A DNA stretch of 64,000 nt. Source: Gelidibacter sp. (GTDB taxonomy: Bacteria > Bacteroidota > Bacteroidia > Flavobacteriales > Flavobacteriaceae). Positions 62,766-64,000 of the stretch are shown here, in pieces. Location of the stretch: assembly GCA_041391925.1 (NCBI GenBank), contig JAWKNA010000011.1, positions 25,719-89,718 of the forward strand, in the 5' to 3' direction. The stretch's first letter is position 1; each line of letters starts with the position of its first letter. The notes beneath the pieces were generated by a model. It saw only the letters and a program-made list of their open reading frames with translations, searched no databases and was not told the DNA's origin. A program made the translations under genes and the position numbers.

Positions 62766-64000
62766 CTAATCGACCTTAAATGCCTTTGGATATCTAGTTT
62801 TGAAAGATTGCCACAGTGTTTTCAAATAGTCGCCATTATTCATGTCGCGCAAGGCTTCTTTGGTATTGGTAATCAATTTTTCAATTTCTGGATAATCACT
62901 AATCCTCACATTGTTTTTGTTAAAGTAATCACCCAGCAATCTCATACGGATTTCAAAAATATAACCATAGGTATGGTACCAGTTTTCAAATTGAGCGTCA
63001 GACAATTTTAGGTCATTTTGATTTCTTTGCAATACATTCAATGCTGGAGTTTGTTCATTCTGTTCTGGCAAATTTGTCTCATTTGTATCTTGAACCACAT
63101 TGCCATTATCTCTTTTTAAAAGCTCATTAATGGTTTTCAGTTCGTTCTTGATGTCATCTATTTCTTTTTGCTGTTGCTTCAATTGAAAAGCAATATCGTT
63201 TGTATTTAATCCAATGGCTACATTGACATACCCAAAAACATCTCCTAAAGACGCTTGCCAAGCCACACCAATAATTTCAGAATAATCTCCCAGCGCCATT
63301 TTATCTGGTGCTTTGGCAATGGCCAATCCATCCTCATTGCCCGATGGCAAGATGTAGTCTCCAATGGCCACTCGTCCCACAACCCTAACAGGCACTTGAC
63401 CCAAAAATGCCACTTTTTCAAAATTTTCATCAGATGGATTTTTTGGCATGTTACCAAGCACAATTGGGTTTGTAGAAATGACCAAAATGTGTTGCGCCCC
63501 ACTGGTTTTTTTAGAAATTTTTCCACCGAAAACACCGACCACTTCCCCGGGTTCAAATTGCATGGAGCTATTCTCTTTTTCAAGATATTCGGCATAATCT
63601 GCACCGCCAGTTTTAAAGGACACCCCAACATTATTGGTGGCATTGATAGTAAGCTCTAATAGATGGGCATACGCTGCGGCACCTTGAAACCCCATGACGC
63701 CAACCTCTCCCGCATCCAATTGAAAACCACAAGCTACGCCTTCGGCAACCACAAAAGCTTCATCCAAAAAAGCTGTGGTGGCATCCCAAATAAACCGAAA
63801 ACTATTGTTCAGTTCATTCAAAGTTTGCCCTTCAATGGCACCGACAGGCGTGTTTGATGCATTTGAAAAGGTTAAAAAGTTATTGTTGCTACTGGGTGTG
63901 ACTGCATTGGCACTAATCCAAATTCCATGTCTGCCTCTAATCTCCAAAGGATATGAATTTGGATTGCTTTGGCTCGTATCTGATAGAAGTGGGCTAATTA
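62766..64000 (-). CDS. Tail-fibre-like protein with a peptidase G2/S74-type intramolecular chaperone domain (5' end outside window)
   Basis: GADYAEYL...GEVVGV...STNPIVLGN...VAFLGQVPV...GDYILPSG, then a coiled coil; frame open to the window edge. Confidence 0.65.
   Translation of the reverse strand, partial: ISPLLSDTSQSNPNSYPLEIRGRHGIWISANAVTPSSNNNFLTFSNASNTPVGAIEGQTLNELNNSFRFIWDATTAFLDEAFVVAEGVACGFQLDAGEVGVMGFQGAAAYAHLLELTINATNNVGVSFKTGGADYAEYLEKENSSMQFEPGEVVGVFGGKISKKTSGAQHILVISTNPIVLGNMPKNPSDENFEKVAFLGQVPVRVVGRVAIGDYILPSGNEDGLAIAKAPDKMALGDYSEIIGVAWQASLGDVFGYVNVAIGLNTNDIAFQLKQQQKEIDDIKNELKTINELLKRDNGNVVQDTNETNLPEQNEQTPALNVLQRNQNDLKLSDAQFENWYHTYGYIFEIRMRLLGDYFNKNNVRISDYPEIEKLITNTKEALRDMNNGDYLKTLWQSFKTRYPKAFKVD

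Overview
Chromosomal window of a Bacteroidota bacterium, most likely Flavobacteriaceae: AT-rich, TAnnTTTG -7 promoter boxes, no obvious Shine-Dalgarno motifs, and a T9SS cargo protein. Most of it is housekeeping: fur, purA, aroE, mazG, def, ruvX, dapD, tsaC, cca, secA, meaB, mnmA, yidC, pyrG, guaA. There are two cell-envelope glycan modules. One is QueC-like/TupA/Stealth/TagF-like/GT2/Kdo-kinase at 15-21 kb; the other is epimerase/GT2/LAB_N/ArnT-like/PAP2 at 38-42.6 kb. An ECF sigma operon and a TPR-LuxR regulator next to a truncated tail-fibre-like protein are also present. I found no rRNA, tRNA, CRISPR array, transposase or integrase. The most interesting signals are small insertions with no recombinase nearby. 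(1) A two-ORF cassette at 25219-26006 ends in a 132-bp attC-like imperfect palindrome whose left arm is complementary to the cassette start, and it appears to be inserted into a degenerate CAGT repeat. (2) A GxxExxY nuclease-like gene is bracketed exactly by 21-bp inverted repeats, with an orphan arm of the same repeat at 26.1 kb. Two candidate sRNAs and a (TTATTCG)11 tandem repeat were also seen. All functional calls come from motif recognition by eye; no searches were run.
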